Positions 16,829 to 25,572 of a DNA stretch of 64,000 nucleotides are shown here, in pieces. The translations under genes were made by a program, and so were the position numbers. Each line of letters begins with the position of its first letter. Position 1 is the stretch's first letter. The stretch is taken from the NCBI GenBank assembly GCA_017936645.1, contig JAGBFD010000070.1, positions 4,714 through 68,713 on the forward strand. The letters are read 5' to 3'. Under the pieces are notes generated by a model. The model was not told the DNA's origin and made no database searches. It saw nothing but the letters and a program-made list of their open reading frames with translations. This DNA comes from Clostridia bacterium (GTDB lineage Bacteria > Bacillota > Clostridia > Oscillospirales > Acutalibacteraceae).

Positions 16829-17680
16829 TTATACGCCCGAATATGCATTGAAACCGCCGTCAACAGCGATTGTAGTACCTGTAACGAAGCCTGAATACTC
16901 TTTGTCGCAAAGGAACAGAAGTGCACCTGAAAGCTCTTCCGGCTCGCCGAATCTTCCCATAGGAGTAGCCGCAAGAATTTTACCTGTTCTTGCCGTAGGA
17001 GTGCCGTCTTCATTCCATAAAAGTGTCTTGTTTTGCTGAGTGGAGAAAAATCCCGGAGCTATAGCATTTACACGGATACCCATTTCGGCAAAATGTACCG
17101 CCATAAACTGTGTAAAGTTTGCGACAGCAGCCTTAGCTGCAGAATATGCCGGAATCTTTGTAAGAGGACGGAATGCGTTCATAGATGTAACCATAACGAT
17201 ACAGCTGTCCTCTTTCAAAGCCATATCTCTTGCAAAAATCTGAGTCGGAATAAGTGTGCCGAGGAAATTGAGATTAAAAACAAAAGAAATACCCTGAGGA
17301 TCAAGATCAAAGAAAGTCTTGACATTTTCATCCTTTTCTATAAGGTCAATTTTTTCAAGTGTTTCTTTTGTGGTTGTGCCCTTGGGATTATTGCCGCCTG
17401 CACCGTTGAGAAGGATATCACAAGTGCCGAGTTTTTCAGCAACGATATCTCTTGCAGTCTTCATACTTTCAGGCTCAAGCACGTTGCAACCTACAGCAAT
17501 AGCCGTGCCTCCGTCAGCGACTATCTCATAAGCAACCTTCTGAGCGGCAGCTTCATTAAGGTCGAGTACAGCCACTTTAACACCCTGCTTTGCAAGTGTC
17601 TTTGCAAAACCTGAGCAGAGTACTCCGCCTCCACCTGTTATTACTGCAACTTTATCTTTAAGACTTTTATGCTCTGTCAT
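16829..17680 (-). CDS. uxuB: SDR-type D-mannonate oxidoreductase (fructuronate reductase)-like
   Basis: VITGGGGVLCSGFAK, the NGAGGNNP insertion and YSAAKAAV are characteristic of the SDR-type UxuB group (B. subtilis YjmF type). It is adjacent to uxuA. Confidence 0.65.
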   Translation of the reverse strand: MTEHKSLKDKVAVITGGGGVLCSGFAKTLAKQGVKVAVLDLNEAAAQKVAYEIVADGGTAIAVGCNVLEPESMKTARDIVAEKLGTCDILLNGAGGNNPKGTTTKETLEKIDLIEKDENVKTFFDLDPQGISFVFNLNFLGTLIPTQIFARDMALKEDSCIVMVTSMNAFRPLTKIPAYSAAKAAVANFTQFMAVHFAEMGIRVNAIAPGFFSTQQNKTLLWNEDGTPTARTGKILAATPMGRFGEPEELSGALLFLCDKEYSGFVTGTTIAVDGGFNAYSGV

Positions 17681-17696
17681 AATAAATTCCTCCGTA

Positions 17697-18758
17697 TTAC
17701 TTTGACTTTTCTACAGCTTCCCACAGACCGTTGAGGTAAGCAGCACCAAGTGCTCTGTCGTAAAGGCCGTAACCCGGTCGTGCTACTTCGCCCCAGATCA
17801 TTCTGCCGTGATCAGGTCTGATATATCCGTCAAAGCCTGCATCCTGCAGAGCCTTGACAATTTCGTACATATCAAGTGATCCGTCTTCTGAGAGATGAGA
17901 TGTTTCGTTAAACCAGCTTTCACGGATTTTAATATTTCTCAAATGAGCAAAATAAATCCTGTCACCTACCTCACGAATCATCGCAGGAAGATCATTTTTA
18001 CTGCTTGCACCCAATGATCCGGTACAGAACGTAAGACCGTTATACGGAGAATCCACGAGTTTAAGGAACTTTCTGATATCTTCAATATTCTTGATGATAC
18101 GCGGAAGACCAAATATATCCCACGGCGGATCGTCAGGATGAATAGCCATTCTGACATCACACTCTTCACAAACGGGAATAATCTCTTCAAGGAAATGCTT
18201 GAGATTATTCCACATATCATCAGCAGTTATATTCTTGTATTTTTCAAACAGCTCTTTAATCTCGCCCATACGTTCAGTTTCCCAACCCGGCATAGCGTAA
18301 CCGTTGGAATTATCATCAATCTCTCTGAACATATCTTCAGGACTCTTGCCTTCAACCTGAACACCGTTATAACTCAGACAGGTGGCACCGTTACCCATAT
18401 CCATGGCGAGATCAGTTCTTGTCCAGTCAAAAACAGGCATAAAGTTATAACAAATCACCTTCACTCCTGCTTTTGCGAGATTGCGGATGCTTGTCTTATA
18501 ATTTTCAATATACATGTCAGCCGTAGGTGCACCGAGTTTGATGTCCTCATGAACATTAACACTTTCAATGCACTCCATTGTAAGCCCTGCAGCCTCAATT
18601 TCTTTTTTCATATCCATTATCATATCAAGAGGCCATGCCTCAACTGCAGGTAAAGCGTGAAGTGCTGGTACTACACCGACAACACCGGGAACCTGTCTTA
18701 TTTGTTCAAGTGATACGGTATCCTTTTCTTTACCGAACCATCTCATCGTCATCTGCAT
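17697..18758 (-). CDS. uxuA: mannonate dehydratase
   Basis: MQMTMRWFGKEKDTVSLEQIRQVPGV matches the UxuA N-terminus (MxMTFRWYG...). The length of 353 aa is typical. Confidence 0.9.
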   Translation of the reverse strand: MQMTMRWFGKEKDTVSLEQIRQVPGVVGVVPALHALPAVEAWPLDMIMDMKKEIEAAGLTMECIESVNVHEDIKLGAPTADMYIENYKTSIRNLAKAGVKVICYNFMPVFDWTRTDLAMDMGNGATCLSYNGVQVEGKSPEDMFREIDDNSNGYAMPGWETERMGEIKELFEKYKNITADDMWNNLKHFLEEIIPVCEECDVRMAIHPDDPPWDIFGLPRIIKNIEDIRKFLKLVDSPYNGLTFCTGSLGASSKNDLPAMIREVGDRIYFAHLRNIKIRESWFNETSHLSEDGSLDMYEIVKALQDAGFDGYIRPDHGRMIWGEVARPGYGLYDRALGAAYLNGLWEAVEKSK

Positions 18759-18762
18759 AAGA

Positions 18763-19776
18763 TCAATCCTTCTTCAAATATACTTTATCTCCCTTTTCGG
18801 AAGACTCAAAAATCGCCAGAAATTCTTCAACAGCTTTTCCGCCTTCAATGGCATCTATCGGGAACTTTCTGTCATTTTCAATACAATCATAGAAATCACT
18901 GATAAGAGAACCGTGACCCTTTCCCCAATAATTTTTTCCTATAATGTCTGTGTTATCCGCAAGATGAAGCTGTTCAATATCCCCGTCGATGATAACATAA
19001 GCATTATCGCCTTCAAGGCGAAGTGTCGCCTTCTCGCAGACAATATCAATAATGACAGGCAAATTTTTTGAAAATGCTGTCGTTGCATTATAAAGACCTT
19101 TAACACCGTTTTCATACTCAAAGATAGCGTGAACAGTATCCTCAACCTCTATCAGATCCTTAAGATGATCCGTAAAAACATGTCCTGTTACGCACTTTGT
19201 TTTCTGCCCTGAAACATACCTCATAAGATCCTGAGTATGAATTGCCTGATTCACGGCAACTCCGCCTCCCTCTTTCAGGAGCGTACCGTGCCAGTCATCG
19301 CTGTAATAGTCAGCATCCCTGAACCAATGAACAGTAGAGCGCACCGCCTCAACCTTTCCGTATACTTCTCTGTCCACAAGATCCTTTACAATGAGTGCAG
19401 ACTCATTGTATCTGTTCTGAAAGCACACACCGAAAACAGCTTCACTCAAAAGCTGAGCCATACGAAGCTGTGACAGACCTTCCTGAGAAATAGCACACGG
19501 CTTTTCGCAAAGCACATTAATACCTTCACTCAGAGCCTTCACAGACATAGGCACATGCAGATAATGCGGTGTACAGATGTGAACGCTGTCAGGCTTATCC
19601 TCTCGAAGCATCGTATCAAAATCATAGTAAGCCGTACAGCCGTACCTGAGTGCGGCTGCATCTGCTTTTTCTTTTACGATGTCGACAACTGATGAAATTG
19701 TAACTGATTCCATCTCACTAAGAGCTTTAAGATGCAACTGAGAAACTCCGCCACATCCTACAACAGAAACTCTCAT
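18763..19776 (-). CDS. Gfo/Idh/MocA-family NAD(P)-dependent oxidoreductase
   Basis: MRVSVVGCGGVSQLHL Rossmann start and a CEKP motif. 337 aa. Confidence 0.85.
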   Translation of the reverse strand: MRVSVVGCGGVSQLHLKALSEMESVTISSVVDIVKEKADAAALRYGCTAYYDFDTMLREDKPDSVHICTPHYLHVPMSVKALSEGINVLCEKPCAISQEGLSQLRMAQLLSEAVFGVCFQNRYNESALIVKDLVDREVYGKVEAVRSTVHWFRDADYYSDDWHGTLLKEGGGVAVNQAIHTQDLMRYVSGQKTKCVTGHVFTDHLKDLIEVEDTVHAIFEYENGVKGLYNATTAFSKNLPVIIDIVCEKATLRLEGDNAYVIIDGDIEQLHLADNTDIIGKNYWGKGHGSLISDFYDCIENDRKFPIDAIEGGKAVEEFLAIFESSEKGDKVYLKKD

Positions 19777-19792
19777 AATATACCCCCGATTA

Positions 19793-21814
19793 TCAGTAAG
19801 TACTGCTCATATCCTCATTTACAACCGAAACGACATCTTCTTTTGCCTTTGAAGAAGCAACTTTCTTCATAAGAAGATCATAAAACTTATCTTCATCGAT
19901 CGGAAGATCAACTGTCTCACCTGTCCAGCTTGAATAGTGAGCTGCATTTGAGATCATAAGGCCCTTGATTCCTTCTTCACCGTTTGCTACAAGCGGAGAA
20001 CCGAAAAGAATGTGATCGGCAAATGCATTAAGAACACCTGTATGCTGATCGTTGATTCCGTCTGTCTCAACATCGATCTCCTTGACTTCAATATTTGTAA
20101 ATCCGTCTTTACAATTTGCTATATTCTCAGGAAGAGACTCAGCAAGCTCGTAAAGAGTGATCTTTCTTCCCTCTTCGCATACAAGTTTAGCCTTGTCCAT
20201 TGTGATTTCAAGTCTGTTTGAGCCGGGATAATCACCCGTAGTTGTTATAAACACGCCTGTAGCACCATTCGGATACTCAGCGTAAATAGTTACATCATCT
20301 TCGACTTCTATATCGTGCCATTTTCCTTCATGGCAGAATGCGCGGATTTTTGAAGGCATACCGCACAGCCACTGCCAGAGGTCAAGCTGATGCGGTGACT
20401 GGTTAAGCAGAACACCGCCGCCTTCACCTACCCAGGTAGCACGCCATCCGCCTGAGTTGTAGTAAGCCTGTGTACGGTACCAGTCCGTGATAATCCAGTT
20501 TACACGTCTGATCTCACCGTATTCTTTACTGTCAACGATTTCTTTGATCTTTCTGTAAACACAATTCGTTCGCTGATTGAACATCATTGCAAAAGTCTTA
20601 TCCTGTTTTGCTGCAAATTCGTTCATTTCACGCACCTGCTTTGTATAAACACCTGCAGGCTTTTCGGAAACTGCATGAAGTCCGTTTTTAAGGGCTTCGA
20701 TAACAAGAGGAGGATGGAAGTAATGAGGTACACAGATGATCACTGCATCAACCTCACCGCTTTCGATAAGCTCCGTGGCTGTATTGTATCTCTTAGCCCA
20801 CGGGAGATTCTTTTCAGACCACTCAAGCTTTTCGGGAACGATATCAGCAACAGCCGTAACTCGCATTTCCCTTATTTCTCCGTTAAGGAAATTCTTAGCA
20901 TGGGCAGTACCCATATTACCCATACCTATGATGCCGAAACGGATAGGCTGAACCTCTTGTACAACCTTGTGCATAGCATCTGCTGCCGCCTTGAATGACT
21001 CGGCATGAGAAGCGTATGTATGTGCTTTCATAGCATTTTCAACATCGTCCGTAACCTCAAGGTTTGAAAGTCCGTCAAACACATTAAGATGCGGTTCAAG
21101 TGAAAGTACAGCAACCTGCTTGCGCTTGTCAAACTTTTTAAGGATCTCGACAAGGTTGCCTTCACCCTCACCTGCCGGAACAACCTCTGCACTGTTATAA
21201 AGAGCATCCTTGATATGGAAATATTCGATATATTCTTCAAGTAAATCATAAGCCTTTAAAGTATCCACACCGCACTGAATGAAGTTAGCGGGATCAAAAA
21301 CAGCTCTGAGCTTACCTTCACAAGCTTCAAGAACATCAAGACAACGCTCTGCCGTATCACCGTAGATACCTTTTTCATTTTCGTGACAGCAGATAAGTCC
21401 GTTTTCGTCAGCATAGTCAACAAAAGCCTTTACACGACGGATAACTTCATCCCTGTACTCGTTATAATCATCACCTTCATCGAAGTAAAAGCTGAACATT
21501 CTGATATACTTAGCTTCAAGAATCTTTGCAACTTCAACCGTATTTCTGAACGCTTCGAAGTGAGGTTCAAAATCATCTTTTATATTAATTTTACCATAGC
21601 CCGAACCTATAGAAGAAACCTTCATTCCCTCTTTATCTATCTCAGCTTTCATTTCCTTCGCCTGCTCGACGGTAAGGTTATTGATACTGAGATCCGGTCC
21701 GAAACCTCTTAACTCCATATGAGAAATTCCGTTAAGCTTACACGCAGACATCTGACCGCCTATGGTAGCTTCACCTGATTCATCACAAAATGCGGAAAAA
21801 ATAAAATGTGCCAT
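19793..21814 (-). CDS. fusion protein: xylose-isomerase-like TIM-barrel (sugar phosphate isomerase/epimerase fold) joined to a Gfo/Idh/MocA oxidoreductase
   Basis: The N-terminal half has HMELRG, YIRMFSF, CHENEKG, FDPANF, HIKD and LEPH blocks. The C-terminal half starts at VQPIRFGIIGMGNMGTAHAKNF and contains SEKP. AAAGGGG RBS lies before ATG 21814. The track start 21859 lies at or upstream of the predicted transcription start. Confidence 0.8.
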   Translation of the reverse strand: MAHFIFSAFCDESGEATIGGQMSACKLNGISHMELRGFGPDLSINNLTVEQAKEMKAEIDKEGMKVSSIGSGYGKINIKDDFEPHFEAFRNTVEVAKILEAKYIRMFSFYFDEGDDYNEYRDEVIRRVKAFVDYADENGLICCHENEKGIYGDTAERCLDVLEACEGKLRAVFDPANFIQCGVDTLKAYDLLEEYIEYFHIKDALYNSAEVVPAGEGEGNLVEILKKFDKRKQVAVLSLEPHLNVFDGLSNLEVTDDVENAMKAHTYASHAESFKAAADAMHKVVQEVQPIRFGIIGMGNMGTAHAKNFLNGEIREMRVTAVADIVPEKLEWSEKNLPWAKRYNTATELIESGEVDAVIICVPHYFHPPLVIEALKNGLHAVSEKPAGVYTKQVREMNEFAAKQDKTFAMMFNQRTNCVYRKIKEIVDSKEYGEIRRVNWIITDWYRTQAYYNSGGWRATWVGEGGGVLLNQSPHQLDLWQWLCGMPSKIRAFCHEGKWHDIEVEDDVTIYAEYPNGATGVFITTTGDYPGSNRLEITMDKAKLVCEEGRKITLYELAESLPENIANCKDGFTNIEVKEIDVETDGINDQHTGVLNAFADHILFGSPLVANGEEGIKGLMISNAAHYSSWTGETVDLPIDEDKFYDLLMKKVASSKAKEDVVSVVNEDMSSTY

Positions 21815-21863
21815 TGTAATTGCCCCTTTATTGTAAATTGGTGTCCATATTAAACACATTGGA

Positions 21864-21872
21864 ATTATATCA
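21864..21872 (-). promoter_or_regulatory. extended -10 promoter element for the mannonate/KDG operon
   Basis: On the minus strand: TGATATAAT (TATAAT = 21869-21864) with a weak -35 (TTTATT). It lies about 50 nt upstream of ATG 21814. Confidence 0.4.
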
Positions 21873-21916
21873 CAAATTCATCAAAAAATAAAGTATTTAA
21901 TCTGCAAAAATAAAGA

Positions 21917-21945
21917 AAAGTGTCCCAAAAAAAGGAACACTTTTT
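21917..21945 (-). terminator. rho-independent terminator after the 209-aa membrane protein gene
   Basis: The minus-strand RNA reads AAAAGTGTTCC-TTTTTTT-GGGACACTTTT and is followed by CTTTATTTTT. Confidence 0.75.
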
Positions 21946-21956
21946 CGTCATATTCA

Positions 21957-22586
21957 TCAACTTATAAAACAATCTTTGTTTTCACGGATATATGAAGCTA
22001 CTGTGCGGTAAACAGCATCACCGTCATTGGCAATAATTTCCTTATAAGATGCGTCTGATTCTTCAATGACTTTATTGTCAATAGATGTGGTTTCGTCGTT
22101 TTCATCAAACATAATGTACTCTTTTACAAAGAGTTCCGAAACTTCTCCACCTATCACATCACGAACCGCTTCAGCTGAAACCGAAAGAAGCGGCTCACCA
22201 TTTGCACGGAAAAACTCTGATAGTCCTTTTTTGCTGTCTTCAAATACGTAACCGAGAGCATATGCATACTGTTCAGGCTGTGAAAGCTTTTTGAAATCCG
22301 CATTCATATCAGAAGATTTTTCAAGACGCTGCTGTACATTGGCACATATTCCGATGATCAGTCTGTAGTCATCTTTATCCTGTGCAAAAGTGCTGTCATC
22401 TACTGTTCTGAACTCTTCTCTGAGAGCCTTTTCTCTCTGAAGATCTGCAAGGATACGTTCCCTTTCCGCATTCCTTTTTCTGCCTGAAAGCATCGCCATT
22501 ATACACACAAAAACAGTAAGTATAACAAGCAAAGCCAACGCTAATCCCGCATACCAATGAGTCGAAATATACTCAAAAAAGCCCAT
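21957..22586 (-). CDS. N-terminally membrane-anchored protein of unknown function (DUF4375/DMP19-like C-terminal region?)
   Basis: One TM segment (AGLALALLVILTVFVCIMAML). LSQPEQYAYALGYVFEDSKKGLSEFF resembles the DMP19-type helical domain. It starts 2 nt after the rsmI stop. Confidence 0.4.
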   Translation of the reverse strand: MGFFEYISTHWYAGLALALLVILTVFVCIMAMLSGRKRNAERERILADLQREKALREEFRTVDDSTFAQDKDDYRLIIGICANVQQRLEKSSDMNADFKKLSQPEQYAYALGYVFEDSKKGLSEFFRANGEPLLSVSAEAVRDVIGGEVSELFVKEYIMFDENDETTSIDNKVIEESDASYKEIIANDGDAVYRTVASYIRENKDCFIS

Positions 22587-22588
22587 AA

Positions 22589-23416
22589 TTATTCTCCTAT
22601 CAGTTGTTTGTATATGTCGCCTTTTTTATAGCCTGAAACCTTTGCAGCCTGTTTTGCCGCTTCGCTGACGGACATTCCGTTTTCCACACTCTGTTTTGCT
22701 AAATTCACGGCATCTTCAAGTGTGATTTCTTCGTCTACAGTTACTGCTTCGGCACCGTGGATCACAAGCACTATCTCACCCTTAAGTCCGCCTTCACCGT
22801 AATCCTCCGCAGCTTTTGACAAGGTAGTCCTGATGACCTGCTCATGAAGCTTTGTTATCTCACGGACTATCGCAATTTCTCTGTCCCCGAAGGTCGAAAA
22901 CATATCCTTGAGTGTAGCGCCCAACTTATGAGGTGCTTCGTAAAAAAGCATAGTTCTCGTTTCATTTTTCAAGGAATCAAGATGTTCCCTGCGACTTGGT
23001 TTATTAACACTCAGAAAACCTTCAAAAGTGAACCTGCCGGAAGGCATACCTGACAAAGCAAGCGCAGTAGTAAAAGCACAGGGACCGGGAACAGACTCCA
23101 CCTTAATACCGTTTTCGTGGCAGAGCTTGACGAGATCCTCACCCGGGTCGGATATTGCCGGCATTCCTGCATCCGTTACAAGAGCACAGCTCTCACCGCT
23201 GAGAATACGTGAAACTATCATTTCACCTCGTTCACGTCGATTATGTTCAAAATAGCTGACCATATTCTTTTTTATTCCGAAATGATTTAACAATTTAAGT
23301 GTAACACGTGTATCTTCCGCTGCTATAAAATCACACTCACTGAGTGTTTCTACAGCTCTTGGTGAAAAATCCCCAAGATTACCTATAGGTGTTCCCACAA
23401 CATACAGTTTACTCAC
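22589..23416 (-). CDS. rsmI: 16S rRNA (cytidine1402-2'-O)-methyltransferase
   Basis: LYVVGTPIGNLGDFSPRAVETL and AAEDTR blocks (tetrapyrrole-methylase fold of RsmI/YabC). There is a 4-nt overlap with the upstream methyltransferase gene, as in the B. subtilis yabB..yabC neighbourhood. Confidence 0.9.
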   Translation of the reverse strand: MSKLYVVGTPIGNLGDFSPRAVETLSECDFIAAEDTRVTLKLLNHFGIKKNMVSYFEHNRRERGEMIVSRILSGESCALVTDAGMPAISDPGEDLVKLCHENGIKVESVPGPCAFTTALALSGMPSGRFTFEGFLSVNKPSRREHLDSLKNETRTMLFYEAPHKLGATLKDMFSTFGDREIAIVREITKLHEQVIRTTLSKAAEDYGEGGLKGEIVLVIHGAEAVTVDEEITLEDAVNLAKQSVENGMSVSEAAKQAAKVSGYKKGDIYKQLIGE

Positions 23417-24147
23417 TTTCCGTTCTCCTTGTATTCACCGTAAATATTGATAACTTCCTCAGACAACTCACCGTTTTCACCATACATAACAAGCATCGGT
23501 TCAACATTAAGATACGGTTTACTGCCTTTTTTCCCTTCTATCAGAAACAGCCAGGGACGTGTATCAGGACGTTTCACTACGAATCTGAGGCGTTTCGGCT
23601 CAATCCCCGCTTCTTTCATTGCAATAATCGTGTCGCTGAGTCTCTCAGGTCTGTTGCACATACAGAGTCTTCCTCCGAAATTCAGCAGATGTGCCGCAGC
23701 GGCAGTAACATCCGAAAGATTACACTCAACCTCGTGCCTTGCGATAAGCTCAGCAACACATGCACTCTTTATACCGCTTTCAGCGGCTTTATAAGGCGGA
23801 TTCATCGAAACAACATCCATTGTTGCGTGTTCAAAAACCGACTTAATGTCCCGCAGATCGTGATTGATAAACGTCACTTTTTCCTGAGCACAACTGAGTT
23901 CAGCGGACTCGCAGGCTTGTTCGTATCCCTTTTTTTGAAGTTCAACTCCCCAGATGTGCTTTGCACAGCCGTTACGATACCACAGCATAGGAATAATCCC
24001 GCAACCCGTTCCGAAATCACAGGCATTTTCCTTACGCTTGGGTGAAGTGAAATCAGCAAGTAACACAGCATCCGTTCCGAAGCTGTGTTCATCAGAAACA
24101 GCAACGCTCACACCTGAACCAAGATATTCTTTGCGGTATTCTGCCAT
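23413..24147 (-). CDS. SAM-dependent methyltransferase, tRNA1(Val) (adenine37-N6)-methyltransferase-like (YabB/YfiC type)
   Basis: DFGTGCGIIP (motif I) and MNPPYK (NPPY motif IV). It shows synteny with rsmI. Confidence 0.7.
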   Translation of the reverse strand: MAEYRKEYLGSGVSVAVSDEHSFGTDAVLLADFTSPKRKENACDFGTGCGIIPMLWYRNGCAKHIWGVELQKKGYEQACESAELSCAQEKVTFINHDLRDIKSVFEHATMDVVSMNPPYKAAESGIKSACVAELIARHEVECNLSDVTAAAAHLLNFGGRLCMCNRPERLSDTIIAMKEAGIEPKRLRFVVKRPDTRPWLFLIEGKKGSKPYLNVEPMLVMYGENGELSEEVINIYGEYKENGK

Positions 24148-24189
24148 AAAATCACCTCAGGAATTTATTATACTACCAAAAGAAAAATA

Positions 24190-24227
24190 TGTCAAAAAGA
24201 AAAACAGGGCGGACCAAGTCCACCCTG
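24190..24227 (-). terminator. terminator of the ferredoxin gene
   Basis: The minus-strand RNA reads CAGGGTGGAC-TTG-GTCCGCCCTG (24227-24205) and is followed by TTTTTCTTTTT. Confidence 0.8.
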
Positions 24228-24241
24228 CCTGTTAAATTTGA

Positions 24242-24412
24242 TTATTCCTCAACGGGAGCAGCAACCGGGCAAGCGTCTGCACAAGCACCGCATGATACAC
24301 AAGCATCAGCGTCGATCTCATACTTGCCGTCGCCTTCAGCGATAGCACCTACCGGGCACTCAGCCTCACATGCACCGCAAGAGATGCAATCATCAGTAAT
24401 TTTAAATGCCAT
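24242..24412 (-). CDS. fdx: 2x[4Fe-4S] clostridial-type ferredoxin (56 aa)
   Basis: This gene is below the 60-aa cutoff of the ORF track. GGAGGATGG RBS present. Product: MAFKITDDCISCGACEAECPVGAIAEGDGKYEIDADACVSCGACADACPVAAPVEE, with two CxxCxxCxxxCP motifs. Confidence 0.9.
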   Translation of the reverse strand: MAFKITDDCISCGACEAECPVGAIAEGDGKYEIDADACVSCGACADACPVAAPVEE

Positions 24413-24444
24413 TTTGTCCATCCTCCTTGTCCAAATTTGACACT

Positions 24445-24472
24445 ATTGTAACATAACAACGAAAAAAAGCAA
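24445..24472 (-). promoter_or_regulatory. promoter of the ferredoxin gene
   Basis: On the minus strand: TTGCTT (24472-24467), 16 nt, TGTTACAAT (TACAAT = 24450-24445). Confidence 0.5.
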
Positions 24473-24489
24473 TAGTTTTACAAAAAAAT

Positions 24490-25443
24490 TTATAGAATTT
24501 CTACATCAGAATAATAATTTTTTAATATTTCTTCATAATCTGAACCTTGCCTTGCCATGTAATCAGCACCGTACTGACTCATTCCGACCATATGTCCGTT
24601 TCCTTTTACGGTTATCGTCACCCCCTCTTTGTCACTCTTTATATCAAAGCAACAGCTGTTCAGGTTTAATATATTTCTGAAATCAACAGAAGATACCTTG
24701 CAGCCGCAAACAGTTACGTTCAATACGTATCCGCTTGCTGTTTTTTCGACATCCCCAATCCATTTTTCCCTGTCATTATCAAGCTCGACACCGTCGATTT
24801 TTTCAATTGAAGATCTGAACTCATCATAAGACAGTTTGACTTCTGTAGCATAATACGTACAAAGGCGGTCCCCCGGACTCTCGACCTGTCTGAGATACGG
24901 TATATCTTTTTTCCATACTGTCTCAGCACTTTCAGTTTTTCCGCTGTTCAGGTCATGGTAAGCAGCAAGGATCGGCTTCTTATCGTAGCAAATTACTTTT
25001 CCTTCTACAGAATCAGCAATTTCATTGAACTTTCGCTCATTTTCTTCAAATTTTTCACCCCATTTTTCTTTCCTTTCTCCAAGGTCAAGATACCCCTGAT
25101 AGGAATCAGGATCATCACTGATGTCCGCTCCGTTAAGGTCGTCAGGGTTGTCCTTCTGCTTGATATATAAGGCGTAAGTATATGCGGCGACCGCCTGAGC
25201 TTTCAGTGCTTCATCGTGACAGTCAGGATCCATTTCGGCTGCGAGAACTCCTACTATGTACTCCTTCGGTGTCAACATATCCACACGTCCGTTTTCACTT
25301 TTCATAACACTTATACTGTCATTTTCCGTCACAGAAGCTTCAGTAACATTTTCGGGTTCATCAGCCTCATATTTCATAATCAGCAATGGTATAAGAAGCA
25401 TTGAAATTGTAAGCAAAGAGCAAATATAAAAGTTTCTTTTCAT
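24490..25443 (-). CDS. spoIID: stage II sporulation protein D (SpoIID/LytB-domain lytic transglycosylase)
   Basis: N-terminal TM segment. AQAVAAYTYALY, ...AAYHDLNSGKTE... and GHMVGMSQYGADYMARQG are SpoIID signature blocks. Confidence 0.85.
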   Translation of the reverse strand: MKRNFYICSLLTISMLLIPLLIMKYEADEPENVTEASVTENDSISVMKSENGRVDMLTPKEYIVGVLAAEMDPDCHDEALKAQAVAAYTYALYIKQKDNPDDLNGADISDDPDSYQGYLDLGERKEKWGEKFEENERKFNEIADSVEGKVICYDKKPILAAYHDLNSGKTESAETVWKKDIPYLRQVESPGDRLCTYYATEVKLSYDEFRSSIEKIDGVELDNDREKWIGDVEKTASGYVLNVTVCGCKVSSVDFRNILNLNSCCFDIKSDKEGVTITVKGNGHMVGMSQYGADYMARQGSDYEEILKNYYSDVEIL

Positions 25444-25513
25444 TTTTCGTTCCTCCTACAGAATACTATGCAGACAAGCATAAAATAATTACCCTTATTT
25501 ATATGCAATTTTC

Positions 25514-25543
25514 TTGACTTTGCAATGCATTATATAGTATAAT
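25514..25543 (+). promoter_or_regulatory. promoter of the citrate synthase operon
   Basis: TTGACT (25514-25519), 18 nt, TATAAT (25538-25543). Confidence 0.5.
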
Positions 25544-25572
25544 GTTCTGAAATATTATTTGGCGGTGAAACT

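Noticed and set aside
17033-17614. 193-aa plus-strand ORF. Similar antisense ORFs occur at 18138..18653, 26350..26841, 11375..11839 and 13615..14025.
   Set aside because: All are antisense to genes with strong family motifs (uxuB-type SDR, uxuA, citrate synthase, yitT, obg). None has a credible SD.
23389-24045. 218-aa plus-strand ORF
   Set aside because: It lies entirely antisense to the well-supported methyltransferase gene (NPPY motif). It has no RBS, and its low-complexity composition is typical of a shadow ORF.
24189-24440. 83-aa plus-strand ORF
   Set aside because: It is the shadow of the minus-strand ferredoxin gene, which has an RBS, promoter, terminator and two Fe-S motifs.
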